DNA from: Chiloscyllium plagiosum
Taxonomy: Eukaryota
DNA length: 64,000 bases
Reading direction: 5' to 3'
Assembly (NCBI RefSeq): GCF_004010195.1
Contig: NC_057757.1
Coordinates: 1,800,985 to 1,864,984, forward strand
Shown here: piece after piece, positions 1 through 30,600 of the stretch
Layout: every line of letters starts with the position of its first letter
How positions within the stretch are numbered: the first letter of the stretch is position 1
Program-made: the position numbers and the translations under genes
The notes under the pieces: generated by a model
Told to the model about the DNA's origin: nothing
What the model saw: the letters and a program-made list of their open reading frames with translations, nothing else
Databases searched by the model: none

Positions 1-82
1 CATATGTCCTAAGTTATCCTTGCTTTTTACTGCATTCTCAGTCTGCCTCAATTTTAAATCCGCCTGGAAACATGCTATCCTG

Positions 83-2005
83 CTGCTTAAACCTTTCCTA
101 TTAATATACCCATCCAGATGCCTTTTAAATGCTGTAATTGTACCAGCCTCCACCACTTCCTCTAGCAGTTCATTCCATACATGCACTACCCTTTGCTTGA
201 AAAAGTTGCCCCTTAGGTTCCTTTTTGGCATTTATTTCAATGCAAGAGGCTTAACAAGGAAGGCAGATGAACTCTGGGTATGGTTAGGATCATGGGACTG
301 GGATATCATAGCAATTACAGAAATGTGGCTCAGGGGTGGCCAGGACTGGCAGCTTAATGTTCCAGGAAACAAATGCTACAAGAAGGACAGAAAGGGAGGT
401 AAGAGAGGAGGGGGAGTGGCATTTTTGATAAGGGATACCACTGCAGCTGTACTGAGGGAGGATATTTCTGGAAATACATCTAGGGAAGTTATTTGGGTGG
501 AACTGAGATAAGAAAGGGGTGATCACCTGATTGGGATTGTATTATAGACTCCCTAATAGTCAGAGAGAAATTGAGAAACAAATTTGTATGGAGATTCCAG
601 TTATCTGTAAGAATAATAAGGTGGTAATGGTAGGGGATTTTAACTTTCCAAACATAGACTGGGACTGCCATGGTGTTAAGAGTGTACAAGGAAATTTTCT
701 GATTCAGTATGTGGATGTACCTGCTAGAGAAGGTGCAAAACCTGAGCTACTCTTGGGAAATAAGGCAGGGCAGGTGACTGAGGTGTCAGTGGGGGCCGCA
801 CTTAGGGACCAGCGACCATAATTCTTTTAGTTTTAAAATAGTGATGGAAAAAGATAGGCCAGATCTAAAAGTTGAAGTTCTAAATTGGAGGAAGGCTAGA
901 ACGGTATTAGGCAAGAACTTTCAAAAGCTGATTGGGGGCAGATGTTCGCAGGTAAAGGGATGGCTGAAAATGGGAAGCCTTCAGAAATGAAATAATGACA
1001 GTACAGAGACAGTATATTCCTGTTAGGGTGAAAGGAAAGGCTGGTAGGTGTAGGAAACGCTGGATGACTAGAAAAATTGAGGGTTTGGTTAAGAAAAAGA
1101 AGGAAGCATATGTCAGGTGTAGACAGGATAGATCAAGTGAATCCTTAGAAGAGTATAAAAGCAGTAGGGGTATACTCAAGAGGGAAATCAGGAGGGCAAA
1201 ATGGGGACATGAGATAGCTTTGGAAAATACAGTTAAAGAAAATTCAAAGAAATTTACAAATACATTAAGGACAAAAGGACATGGATAGAATAAATAGACA
1301 AAGTCTTTTCCTTGGGTGGGGGAGTCCAGAACTAGAGGGCAGAGGTTTAGGGTGAGAATATATAAAAGGGACCTAAGGGGCAACTTTTTCAAGCAGAGAT
1401 TGGTATGTGTATGGAATGAGCTACCAGAGGAAGTGGTGGAGGCTGGTACAATTGCAACATTTAAAAGACATTTGGATGGGTATATGAACAGGAAGGGTTT
1501 GGAGGGATATGGGCCAGATGCTGGCAAGTGGGACTAGATTAGGTTGGGATATCTGGTCAGCATGGACGGGCTGGACCGCTGGGTCTGTTTCCGTGCTGTA
1601 CTTCTCTATGGCTCTATGACTCTAAACCTTTCCCCTCTCACCTTAAACCCATGCCCTCTAGTTCTGGACTCCCCCACCCTAGGGAAAAGACTTTGTCCAT
1701 TTATCCTATCCATGCCCCTCATAATTTTATAAACCTCTGTAAGGTCACTCGTCAGCCTCCAATGCTCCAGGGAAAACAGCCCCAGCCTGTTCAGCTCTCC
1801 TGACAGTTCAAACCCTCAACCCTGGCAACATCCTTGTAAATCTTTTCTGAACCCTTTCAAGCTTCACAGCATCCTTCCTGTAGGAGGGACACCAAAATTT
1901 CAAAATATCATCTGCTAATTATACCTCCTATGTTCACATCCAAATCATTTATAAAAATGACATAAAGCAGTGGACCCAGCACCGATCCTTGTGGCACACT
2001 AGTGG
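83..2005. mobile_element. Cluster of CR1/HER1 LINE fragments in both orientations
   Basis: APE-like YFNARGL..DIIAITEMWL..GGGVAFLIR..MVGDFNFPNIDW (220-820); CR1 C-terminus LRGNFF..WNELPEEVVEAG..FKRHLD and 3' UTR (1300-1620); antisense fragments at 83-217 and 1625-2005. Confidence 0.9.
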
Positions 2006-2160
2006 TCATCTTAATGACAATTTAGGAAGAACATGTTCCAGATTTTGACAACCCCTTTGTGTGAATAAATGTTTCTTCATTGACATCACTCAGTGTGACG
2101 AAATGTCCTGTGGAACTTGAAAGCCTTAGAATCCAAAAACAGACTCATCAGCATCATTAC

Positions 2161-20871
<18,711 letters not shown>

Positions 20872-20919
20872 AGTGGTCTTTTCCAGTCCTTCGCACGAGT
20901 GTGCTGCTCTGCTTGCGAG

Positions 20920-21020
20920 GGGCTATTTTTGGGTTTCTGGGAAGGGTTTCACCCATCCTCTCGATTGAGTCCCAGCTGTTGGCTAGATCTCTGGAAGTTT
21001 CTGGGATTGGCAGCTGGTGA
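20920..21020 (-). promoter_or_regulatory. Candidate muscle promoter of the nAChR gene: MEF2-like site plus two E-boxes
   Basis: CCAAAAATAG (minus strand, 20923-20932) about 50 nt upstream of the ATG; CAGCTG at 20973-20978 and 21011-21016; ETS-like CTGGAAGT at 20991-20998. Confidence 0.55.
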
Positions 21021-22239
21021 GTTAACCCTGCCCACCACAGTAACTCTATCTGTCAGAGCGACAGCAGGCCTAAGTGTCCCAGGAAGAGTAGTGAAGCTGG
21101 AAGAGTAGAATTTACTCTTTGTCTGCCTGTGGGAGGAAATCAGAGCAGCCGGCAGAAACCCACGCAGACATGGAGAGAATGTGCAAACTCCATACAGACA
21201 GCCCACCCGAGGCTGGAATCGAACCCTATGGCTGTGAGGCAGCAGTGCTGCTGACAACTGAGCCACCGTGCTGCCCCTATAGCTCAGACCCTCCAACCCC
21301 GGTAACATCCTTGTAAATCTTCTCTGCACCCTTTCAAGTTTAACAACACCTTTCTGATACCACAAAGACAAGAATTGAACACATAACACTTTTCCCGACC
21401 TCAGGACATTCCAGAACACATTACAGCCAGTGCAGTATTCCTGGCATGGAGTCACTGGTACTATGCTGGTAACACGACATCCTATTTACATCCTAGAAAA
21501 TAATAGGATCATGGACAAATTATATGCTATTTAATGATGCTGACAGAGGGACAGATATGGGTCACCACATTATTACACATCTCTTATCTTGACTATCCAT
21601 CAGGACCTTGGCACTCATGACACTGCAGCACTGAGGTGTCAGCTTTGATTTTTGCACCTAGTCGTCTGAAGTTAAGCTGAAACACACATGGGAAAAGTGG
21701 CATTGAGACAGATGATAGATTGTGATATTGTGGAGGATAGGCACAGATTTTACAAAATCTGCAAGCGAGGAAAATGCACCTTGGGGGAATAAATGTATCT
21801 TGTCATGCATTGAGTAGTTGTGTCCTGGAAGACAGTGCCTAGAAATGTGTTCGGGAGAGAATCCAATTGTTGCAGGGATGGGAATTGCAGGTTTTCTGAT
21901 GAGCAGCAGAGGGCGCCTGTGGCTCAGCCTGGGGAGGCCATTCAGCCTCATATTGATCGCCAGCCTCTAGCCCTGCCTTGTGGCTGCAGTGGGGATTGCA
22001 GCTTCCCCCCAAACCACCACTGCCACTTCATATTTCTCAGTGGAACTTTACACTTTTAGGAAATTCTCTGTCACAAGTAGCATTAAATTTTGCCAGTATG
22101 CTTTTGTGGGAGTCTTTGCACAATGAATATTTGATGCCTGGTTTCACAAGGATACCCAAAACATGGCAAATAAAACTAAAAGATTTATCCTGGTTCCAGG
22201 TGAAGGTACCTGTGGGTTTGTGGGTGGGGTAGGGGGTCG

Positions 22240-23155
22240 GTGGGGAGAGTGGCACAAGCCAAGAACTGTCGAAGGGAACGGTCTTTGCGGAAGGCAGAGA
22301 GGGTTGGGGAGGGGAAGATGGTATTGGTGGTGGGGTCTTGTTGAAGTTGGCAGAAGTGTTTCAGGATGATGTGTTGGATGCGGAGCCTGGTTGGGTGGTA
22401 GGTGAGGACCAGGTGGTCTCTGTCTTTATTGTGTTGGTAAGGGGTGGTTTAGAGCAGTGGAGTAGGCAATGGAGGTGGTGCAGCGGAGGGCTCTCTGGAT
22501 GACAGAAGGGGGGACAAGCACATTGTTCAAAATAGGTGGACATCTGGGATACTCGCGAGTAGAATGGAATTGAGAGAATAGATGGAGTTCTTGTAGGATA
22601 CTGGGTGGGAGGAGGTGTAGTCCAGGTAGTTATGAGAGTCCGTAGGTTTGTAGTAACATCCGCCTGGAGACTGTCATTGGAGATAGAAATAGTGAAGTCA
22701 AGAAAGGGGAGGGAGGTGTCCAAGATGGACCAAATGAATTTAAGGGTGGGGTGGTCGTTGTAGGTGAAGTTGGTGAACTGCTCCATGTTAGCCTGGGTGC
22801 AGGATGCTACACTGATGCAATCATCAATGTGACGGAGGAAGAGTCGGGGCACAGTGCCTGTGTAGGCACTGAAGAGGCACTGCTCGATATACCCAACAAA
22901 GAGGCAGATGTATTGGGACCCATCAGGGTGCCCATGGCCACCCCCTTGTGTGGGGCCATGGAAGGGTATCAGGGACGAGCAGTCTACATTGGGAAGGGGA
23001 TTCAGTGAGGGGCCTTTCACAGGCAAATCCTGAAGGAAGCCAGGGTGGCAGGACATAGGACATTTAATAGGAGGGGGGTAGACACGATGGGCTGAAATCT
23101 TGTTGTGAAGTGAGAGTGGCAGTCCACGCAGACTCAGGTACCCTCCCTCCCCTGG
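22240..23155 (-). mobile_element. Penelope-like retroelement RT fragment (decayed)
   Basis: CLFVGYIEQ..FLRHIDD..HPTLKF..LPFLD, typical of PLE reverse transcriptase; frameshifted. Confidence 0.85.
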
Positions 23156-23406
23156 CATGGGGTGTAAGGGCTGGGTGGATTGGCTGTGGGATGTGCAGGG
23201 TTACAGGGAAAGGGTGGGTCAGTGTGGACTCAACGGGCTGAATGGCCTGCTTCCAGACAGTAGGGAATCTATGATTCCCTCTGTCGCTGTATTCTTTAAA
23301 GTTGTATTATTTAGTTTATCGTTCACCAAGCCACATGAGGAGATATTAGAGTGTGTGACCAGATGTTTGGTCAAACAGCATTCTAAAAAGGAGAGAGAGA
23401 GACATA

Positions 23407-23558
23407 CAAAGGAACCTCAATTATCTGGCATTCAATTAACCAAATTTCGGATTATCCCAACAAGATTGCAAGGTCATCTGGCATTCGATTATCCGGTATT
23501 CAATTAACCGAACAAAATACTCCCCTCCCGTGTCCTTCGGATAACCGAGGTTCCTCTG
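23407..23558. mobile_element. Tc1/mariner (pogo/Tigger-type) MITE
   Basis: TA|CAAAGGAACCTCAATTATC ... GATAACCGAGGTTCCTCTG|TA: terminal inverted repeats with TA target duplication. Confidence 0.8.
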
Positions 23559-24101
23559 TACACACAGAAACAAACAGTTTGAGAAGGAAATTCCTTAAGA
23601 CCTTGGCAGCTAAAGGCAAGGCTGTCAATGATGGTGCAGTGAAAATCGAGGTAGGATAATAGATCAGAACAGGACGTCAGCAGAGATCTCTGGAGGCTTG
23701 TGCGTGATGGGGAAAGGGACGAGTGGACGTGTTTGAAAAACGCCAAACTAGCAAGCGAAAGGGGGAACGCGACTAGGTGTGAGTTAGGATAAGGCAGCCA
23801 AGTTTTGGATGAGCTGAAGTTTTACAGAGGGTGGAAGGTGGAAACCAGGCAGAAGTCTATTGGAATAGTGGAGCCAAGATGTGGCAAAACAAAGAGTTTC
23901 TCTTCAATCTGACCCAAATTGGCTGTTGTGTTTTCTAAATTACAACAGTTCAAAAATAATTTGTTGAGTCATGATGCACTTTGGGACATCCTGAGATAAT
24001 TCAAGGTACTATAAAAACACAATATTTTTCTCCCTTATCCAGCCTAATTCTCTCTCCAATCTCCCTCGGATAATATGAGCCATGACACTTACACTCCACA
24101 C

Positions 24102-24247
24102 CCATCTCCTCTGATGAAGGGTTTTTGCCCGAAACGTCGATTCTCCATGCTCCTCGGATGCTGCCTGACCCGCTGTGCTTTTTCAGCACCACACTCTCGA
24201 CTGTAATCTCCAGCATCTGCAGTCCTCACTTTCGCCATCTCCTCTGA
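24102..24247 (+). mobile_element. Short non-autonomous Penelope-derived insert with a 13-bp target duplication
   Basis: CCATCTCCTCTGA at 24102-24114 and 24235-24247 flanks the hammerhead-bearing terminal-repeat sequence. Confidence 0.75.
24111..24143 (+). ncRNA. Minimal type I hammerhead ribozyme motif (Penelope-like element family A), catalytic core intact
   Basis: CTGATGA-A-GGGT(TTTT)GCCC-GAAA-C-GTC: conserved CUGAUGA and GAAA boxes, 4-bp stem II, palindromic ACGT stem III, GUC cleavage triplet; stem I is weak. Confidence 0.7.
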
Positions 24248-24300
24248 GTAGTCACATATCACAAGTAAAACACGACCAACAAACATGTCGTATCATTTCA

Positions 24301-24306
24301 TTTATT
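24301..24306 (-). terminator. Candidate polyadenylation signal of TMEM95
   Basis: AATAAA on the minus strand about 280 nt after the stop codon. Confidence 0.4.
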
Positions 24307-24584
24307 GTGGAGTTTGGAGGTTATGGTCGGTAAAGATCAGCAGAAGTACATTATTAAGCAACAGCAGTTCTCGAGCACATGTTCTTTACAGTAATGTGAA
24401 TAAATTAAAAGCAACGACAATTGAATCGGTTTTCAAGTAGGACTAACTTTTCTTTGAATATACAGCTTGATTTAACGAAGGTTAATTTGGATTTATACAA
24501 CAAGGCAGCATCGGAACCTGTCTGTAGGCTTCATGTTCACATTACAATTTGATTCTGAGGTGTGCATTCTCTAAACTCCGTCCT

Positions 24585-24627
24585 CTACTCAAACTGATGG
24601 TCTGCCTCAGCTCGGAACTTCCTTGAT
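24585..24627 (-). CDS. TMEM95: TMEM95 exon 7 (cytoplasmic tail, stop)
   Basis: cccaacag|[14 protein letters not shown]; phase matches exon 6. Confidence 0.8.
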
Positions 24628-27600
24628 CTGTTGGGAAAGATTTCACAAAATTTTGGACATTTTTTGTGGAAAGGAAGAGAAACGCACTGGATTCTTAAAC
24701 TGCGAAACAAAAACATGAAATTATGGAAACTGCCAGTGAGGCAGCAACTGTGGGGAGAGAGAGAGAAAAAAACAGTGAACGTTTTAGGTTGATGAACTTT
24801 CATCGGAAAAACTTGTTTTCCCATAGCACCTTGCATGATCTTAAAAAACCAACAGTCCCTTACAGCTAATGAAGCATCTTTTGTCAATTGTAATCCCGTT
24901 GTAAAGCTAGAGGCACATGTGCACTGAGTGGTATAATGGTAATGTTAATGTTACTTTATCAGTGATCCAGAGGCCCAACCTAATGTTCTGGACACATGAA
25001 TTTGCATCCCACCACAGTGAAGCATGAAAATTTAATTCTAGAAAAAGCTGGAGCTGCAAGGTAGGTTAATGGTGTCACATTCAATTGTGAATGGTGGTGG
25101 TCAATTAACAATTAACGGGAGGAGGGGGAAAGGTTGTTGTAATTGACCCCATCCCAAATCCATTCCCTTCACCAGCAATGACAGAGGAGCCCAGCACATA
25201 AAATCAAAAGACAACACTGATGCATTTATAATCCATCTTGGCCCCATGCGATGGTCCCAAGCATCGCAGGCACCAGTCTTCAATCAGTTTGGTTGAATGT
25301 GATGTTGAGAAACAGCTGATGTGTGGATATTACAAAGGCTATGGACCCTGACACATTCCAGCTATGGTACTGAAGACTTGTCCTTCAGAACTATCTGCAG
25401 ACCTAGCCAAGCCAATCCAGTACAACTACAACATAGACATCATGTGGAAGGTTACTCAGGTGAAAAGCAGGGGCAAATCCAGCCCAGCCAATTACTGCCA
25501 TATCAATTTACTCCCTATCGTTAGTAAAGCAATGGAATGGGTCATTGACAGTGCTATCAAGCAGCACTTTGAAAGGAAATAGAGTGCTCACTGATGCTCA
25601 GTTTGACTCCCACCAGAGCTATGATTTCACCTGACTTCATTATAGCCCTGGTCAGTAAAGATGAATTCCAAAAGTAACATGTACAGGACTGCCACTGAAA
25701 TCAAGGCAGTATTCACTCTATCCACGCCCCTCTTGATTTTATAAACTTCTAAACGGTCACCTCACAGCCTCGGAGACTCCAGGGAAAATAGCAGTCCTAC
25801 CCTGGAAACATCCTTGTAAATCTTTTCTGCACCTTTTTAAGTTTCACATCTTTCCTACAGCAGGGAGACCAGAACTGAACGCAGTATTCCAAAAGTGGCC
25901 TAACCAATGTCCTGCCGGGGAAGAGTGAGGCCACTGCTTGGGGTGGGGGTGCGGGGGGGGGGGCAGAGGATCCTGCCGGGGAAGAGTGAGGCCACTGCTT
26001 GGGGTGGGGGTGGGGGGGGGGGGGCAGAGGAGAACACTTTAAGAATGAGATAAGTGTCCTGAAAGCTGTTTATTTTTATAACATTCCAACCAGGATCAGG
26101 CAGCTCAGCAGACGGTGGGGACTGAGCCTAGAACTGTCCCATTTGTTTGGCCAGTTTGAGTCACCATCAGGCAGGCTGCTTGACAGAGAATTTATTTTAA
26201 TATTACCAACTTCTTCCCTTGCTCATTTGTGTCAGGTTTAAACTGAACAATGGTTACAAATGCTGTAACCTTTCCACTCTGGAAATACATGGTTCAGAAA
26301 CTCCAGCTATCGGGAAATACATGTTGCAGGCTGCAAAGACTCATGGCACAATTTTAGGACAGTGCTTTGGGTGTAGAAACAGTTAAGATGCTTGGATAAG
26401 TAAAACTATTTTTATTACTGTTTTGTAATGTTTGTGCTTCCAATAAGTGTCTTATATCTGCAGCGTTTACTGGTACATGTATTTGTGGTTAGGCATTCTG
26501 ATTTCATTTTATAACCGAGAAAACTCCAAAATTTGGAAATAGCTCAATCCCAAGCATTCTGGACTAGAGAGGTTACAGCGTATAGTAGAGAGAAAGACAT
26601 GTTACAAAGGCTGTTAATCACATTTACTGGGAAGCTTGATAAACACTTCGAGGAGAAATGAATAGAAGGTTCTGTTAGAGGGAATTGAAGAGTGGGGGGG
26701 GGGGGTGACAGGAGGCTTGTTTGAAGCATTAACGTTAGCACAGACTATATGGACTAGAACGGCCTGTTTTGTTGCTTTAAGTTACAGGCAATTTGGTCGT
26801 AATCTCTCATTAACTTACTCGAAAATGAGCGTTATGCAACCAATCAATATCGAGCCGGTTGATAGGCCAACTATCAGATAAATGGATTCTTTCAGATCTA
26901 GCCTGTCTGTTGGAAGATCAAGGTGAAACGTTAGAATCTTGCAATGTAGACGGAGGCTATTCAGCCCATCATGCAAGTGAAAGCTCTTTCAGAGAGCTAT
27001 GCTATTCATCCCTCTGTTCCCATGTCACACCCTCCCCACAGCCATGAGAAAAGGGACTTGTTACTTTGGTCAGTTTGATCCCGGTGATGAGCACTGAACT
27101 GTCCAGCTGAGCGAGATGTGGCACCCACCCTATAGAGTGTTGGGCAGCTGCAGCCCAAATTATTATCCTACTTGCTGCCCTAAAACCCCATCCTATCCCA
27201 CTGCTGTCCTTCCATTCTCCCAATGTACAATGGCAACACAAGACCAGATCATGAGCTTGGTGGTTTCTCAGGGGTTAGTGGTGGTGGTGTTCTATTTTAT
27301 TTATTCACAGGATGAGGGTATTGCTGGCTAGGCCAGCATTTATTGCCTACCCCTAATTGCCCAGAGCGCAGTTCAAGAGTTAAGCACATTGCTATGGGTG
27401 TGGGGTCACATATAGGTCAAACCACATAATGATGCTAGTTTCCTTCACTTAAGGAGATTAGTAAACCAGGTGGGTTCATGGATTTGTGGATTCATGGTCA
27501 TCATTAGACTCTTAATTCCAGATCTTCTATTGAATTCAAATTCCACCATTTACCGTGGTGGGATTTGAACCCAGGTGCCCAGGCATTATCTGGGTCCCTG

Positions 27601-30600
27601 GATTAACAGTTACAAATACAGGAGGGATTTGAGAGGGAAGTGGGGAGGTAGAGGTAAGAATACCTGTTGGGAGTTGGACATTGGGCTGGAAGGTGAGTTT
27701 CGGTTTCTTTGCGGCTCAGTGGATAATCTTCTAGCCCTTGAGCATCTACTGTGTCAGGTTTCATGTCCCCTTTACGATCCGTGCTCAGAATGGTCTCCCC
27801 TTCAACTTCACTACCTATCCATCCAAGGAGTGTCTTCTCAAGCCTCCCAATCTGCATCAGCTCTCAATTATTCCACAGGCCTCCCTCCTCCAATAAAGGT
27901 ACATTCACACAGGCCTCCCCTCACTCCCAGAAGGCCCTGACCCTGTCCATTCATTGGGTGGGCCCCTGTGAAAGTTGACTGAAATGAAGTTGCCCCATAT
28001 CCTTCTGACTGTCCCTGAAAACTCAGGCCCTCAGTGTTTGGAGACATTGTGGCCCTGCGTCTCGTTCAACATTGAGGGTGGTGTGATGGTGGTGAGAGGC
28101 TTTACTCACTAGGCCAGCAGGTCTTCAGACTCCAGCAGTTGACCTCCACCTCCAGGCACGTGGTGCAGTTTATAACAGTCGTGGAGTCCCCTGGACAGAC
28201 AAGGAGAGCAGGACCAGTTCAGCAACAACCAGAAGCCATTCCGGGATATTCCAACGATGAGTTGCTAGACACCTTTCCCACCTCCCCCCCCCCCGCCTCC
28301 ACCCGCCCGCCTTGATTGTTCAAGCAACAGGAAAGTGCAGAGCAGGTCAGGAGACATTGGTGAAGGGGAAATAACTGTTAGATTAGTTGGGGGGGGGGGC
28401 ATTTCAAACCCCAGTAGCTGATGTTATCTTCTGTTGGGGCTTGAGTTCAATTTCCATCTGATGTCATGGGATTCCAACCTGGCTAAAACTGCCACTCATT
28501 CACCTTCCTCTTTCTCCTACCACCCTGCAACTCTTGGCGAACTCTTTCCCCCTCTTATCTCTCTCTCTCCACTGATGTTCCATGATAAAATGCTTCCCAC
28601 TGAGGTTCCAGTTCTGCTTAGATGTATTCTGAGGCTTAGTGAAGCAACATGAAGAAAATGTGCTGCAACTTTTTTTTAGGCTTCTTTTATTCCAACTCAG
28701 CTTTTCTTGCCCACATCAGTGTTCAAGAGATTAGCCCTTAATTCCTGGAGACCACAGAACTATATAAGCAGCGCTAGAAGGTTGGCCAACCTGATTACTC
28801 TAACATTTCACATATTTACACCGTTCAGCTTTCTGTTTAAATAGGAAGGTGAGGCATTTTGACAAGTGTTAGCTTTCACCAGCAGGTGAAGCTTCTATTT
28901 CCAGGGTGGCACAGTGGCTAGCACTGCTGCCTCACAGCACCAGGGTCCCAAGTTCAATTCCACCCTTGGGCAACTGTCTGCATGGAGTTTGCGCATTCTC
29001 CCCGTGACTGTGTAGGTTTCCTCCAAGTGCTCTGGTTTCCCTCCAAAGATGTGCAGGCTATGTGGTCTGGCCATGGGAAATGCGGGATTACAGGGATAGG
29101 TTAGGGGGTGTCGATCTGGAATGGGATGCTCTTTGGACGGTTGGTGTGGACTTGATAGGCCAAATAGATGCTTCCACACTGCTGGGATTCAATGGTTTCC
29201 ACTCTATAGGAGCCAAGGGGTCAAAGTCTCTCTCTGTCTGTCCTGAAGTCACATGACACCAGATTATTGTCCAAAAGGTGAAACAACAGTGCTCCGAAAG
29301 CTTGTGATTTCAAATAAACCTTTTGGACTATAAGCTGGTGTTGTGTGACTTCTGAATTTGTCCAACCCCGTCCAACACCCGCACCTCCATATTATCTCTC
29401 TCTCTCTAAGATGCTCTGAACAGGTTCGGGATTAAGCCAAGGAGACTTCCTGATCTGTGAGACTCAAGACATGATTACACACACTGAATTTCCAATGGAG
29501 TGCATTTTGGTGATATTTCCATAGTGGGGCTTTGAATTCCAGGCTGTCCATCCCAGATCTGATAGCTTGCTGTACCCTAACCCTAATTTTAAGGAGGCTG
29601 TAGGCTATACTCACTGCATTTGGGGGCACACATGGCTGCAGAGAAAAAAAGAAGAGTTTAATCAATTACCAAGAAGTAGCACTTCTATCACACCTTTAAT
29701 GCATTGAAATGCCCCAAGACAACAGCATTGTTATCAGAACAAAATTTACATGGGCAAATATTGGGTCACGAGACTAAAATCCTGGGCAAATAAATAGGCT
29801 TTAAGAGGCACTTTAAAGGAGGAATAGGCAAAGATGTTGAAGGAGAAACCTTCGGTGTTAGAGCACTACAGGCACAGCTACCAATGGAAGAGTAAAGGTA
29901 ACGTGATATATGAGAGGGTGGAAGTAAGGAGATACAGATGTCACAGCACAGGGAGGAGCGAAGCCATGGAGAGATATGGACGAGCTATTGGACTGGGTTA
30001 GCAAGTACAGGCATGATGAGTGACCAGCAAGTCAGGATACAGGTTACAGAGCTTTGGATTCACCAATAGCTTTCTGACCTGGCCTGACTGACAGCAAGTC
30101 TGATGCTGCCACAAAACCATACAGAAAACAAGTAGAAAATGTCTGACCTAATTTTTCATCTGAAAAAACAATGAGATTCTCCTGTGGTTTGCTCAAGAGT
30201 TTTCATAGATTTGCAATGATAGAGTGTCTTTCTCAATCTTGGGATGTCCCAGAATGCTTTGCAGCAAACTCCTATAAATACCAATGGGATAAGATGATGA
30301 GATAATCTATTTTTGGTGGTGCTGGCTAAGGGATAAATATTTTTCAGGATGCCAGCGATAACATGTCTGCTCTTTAAGAGTATCTCTTTACATCCACCTG
30401 AGAGAGCACAGGAGGGGCCTTTGTTAAACTTTTCCACTTAAAAATGACACTTCCAACAGTGTGGCACACTCTCTCTGTACTACAGTAGGAGTACAATGCT
30501 AGACTTTGTGATCAGGTTTCTACAACATGATTTGAACCAACAATTTTCTGACACAGAGACGACCCACAGTTACGCCACAGTCAACTCTATTAATATCCAG

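Noticed and set aside
20-1732. Intact LINE ORF2 or host gene
   Set aside because: Fragmented CR1 pieces with frameshifts, internal deletions and mixed orientation.
22361-23158. Functional or domesticated reverse transcriptase (265-aa ORF)
   Set aside because: Only the central part is in the Penelope RT frame, YIDD is changed to HIDD, and the flanks are frameshifted.
28750-28832. Candidate TMEM95 exon 5 after a good acceptor
   Set aside because: Immediate in-frame stop; the true exon 5 is at 28110-28190.
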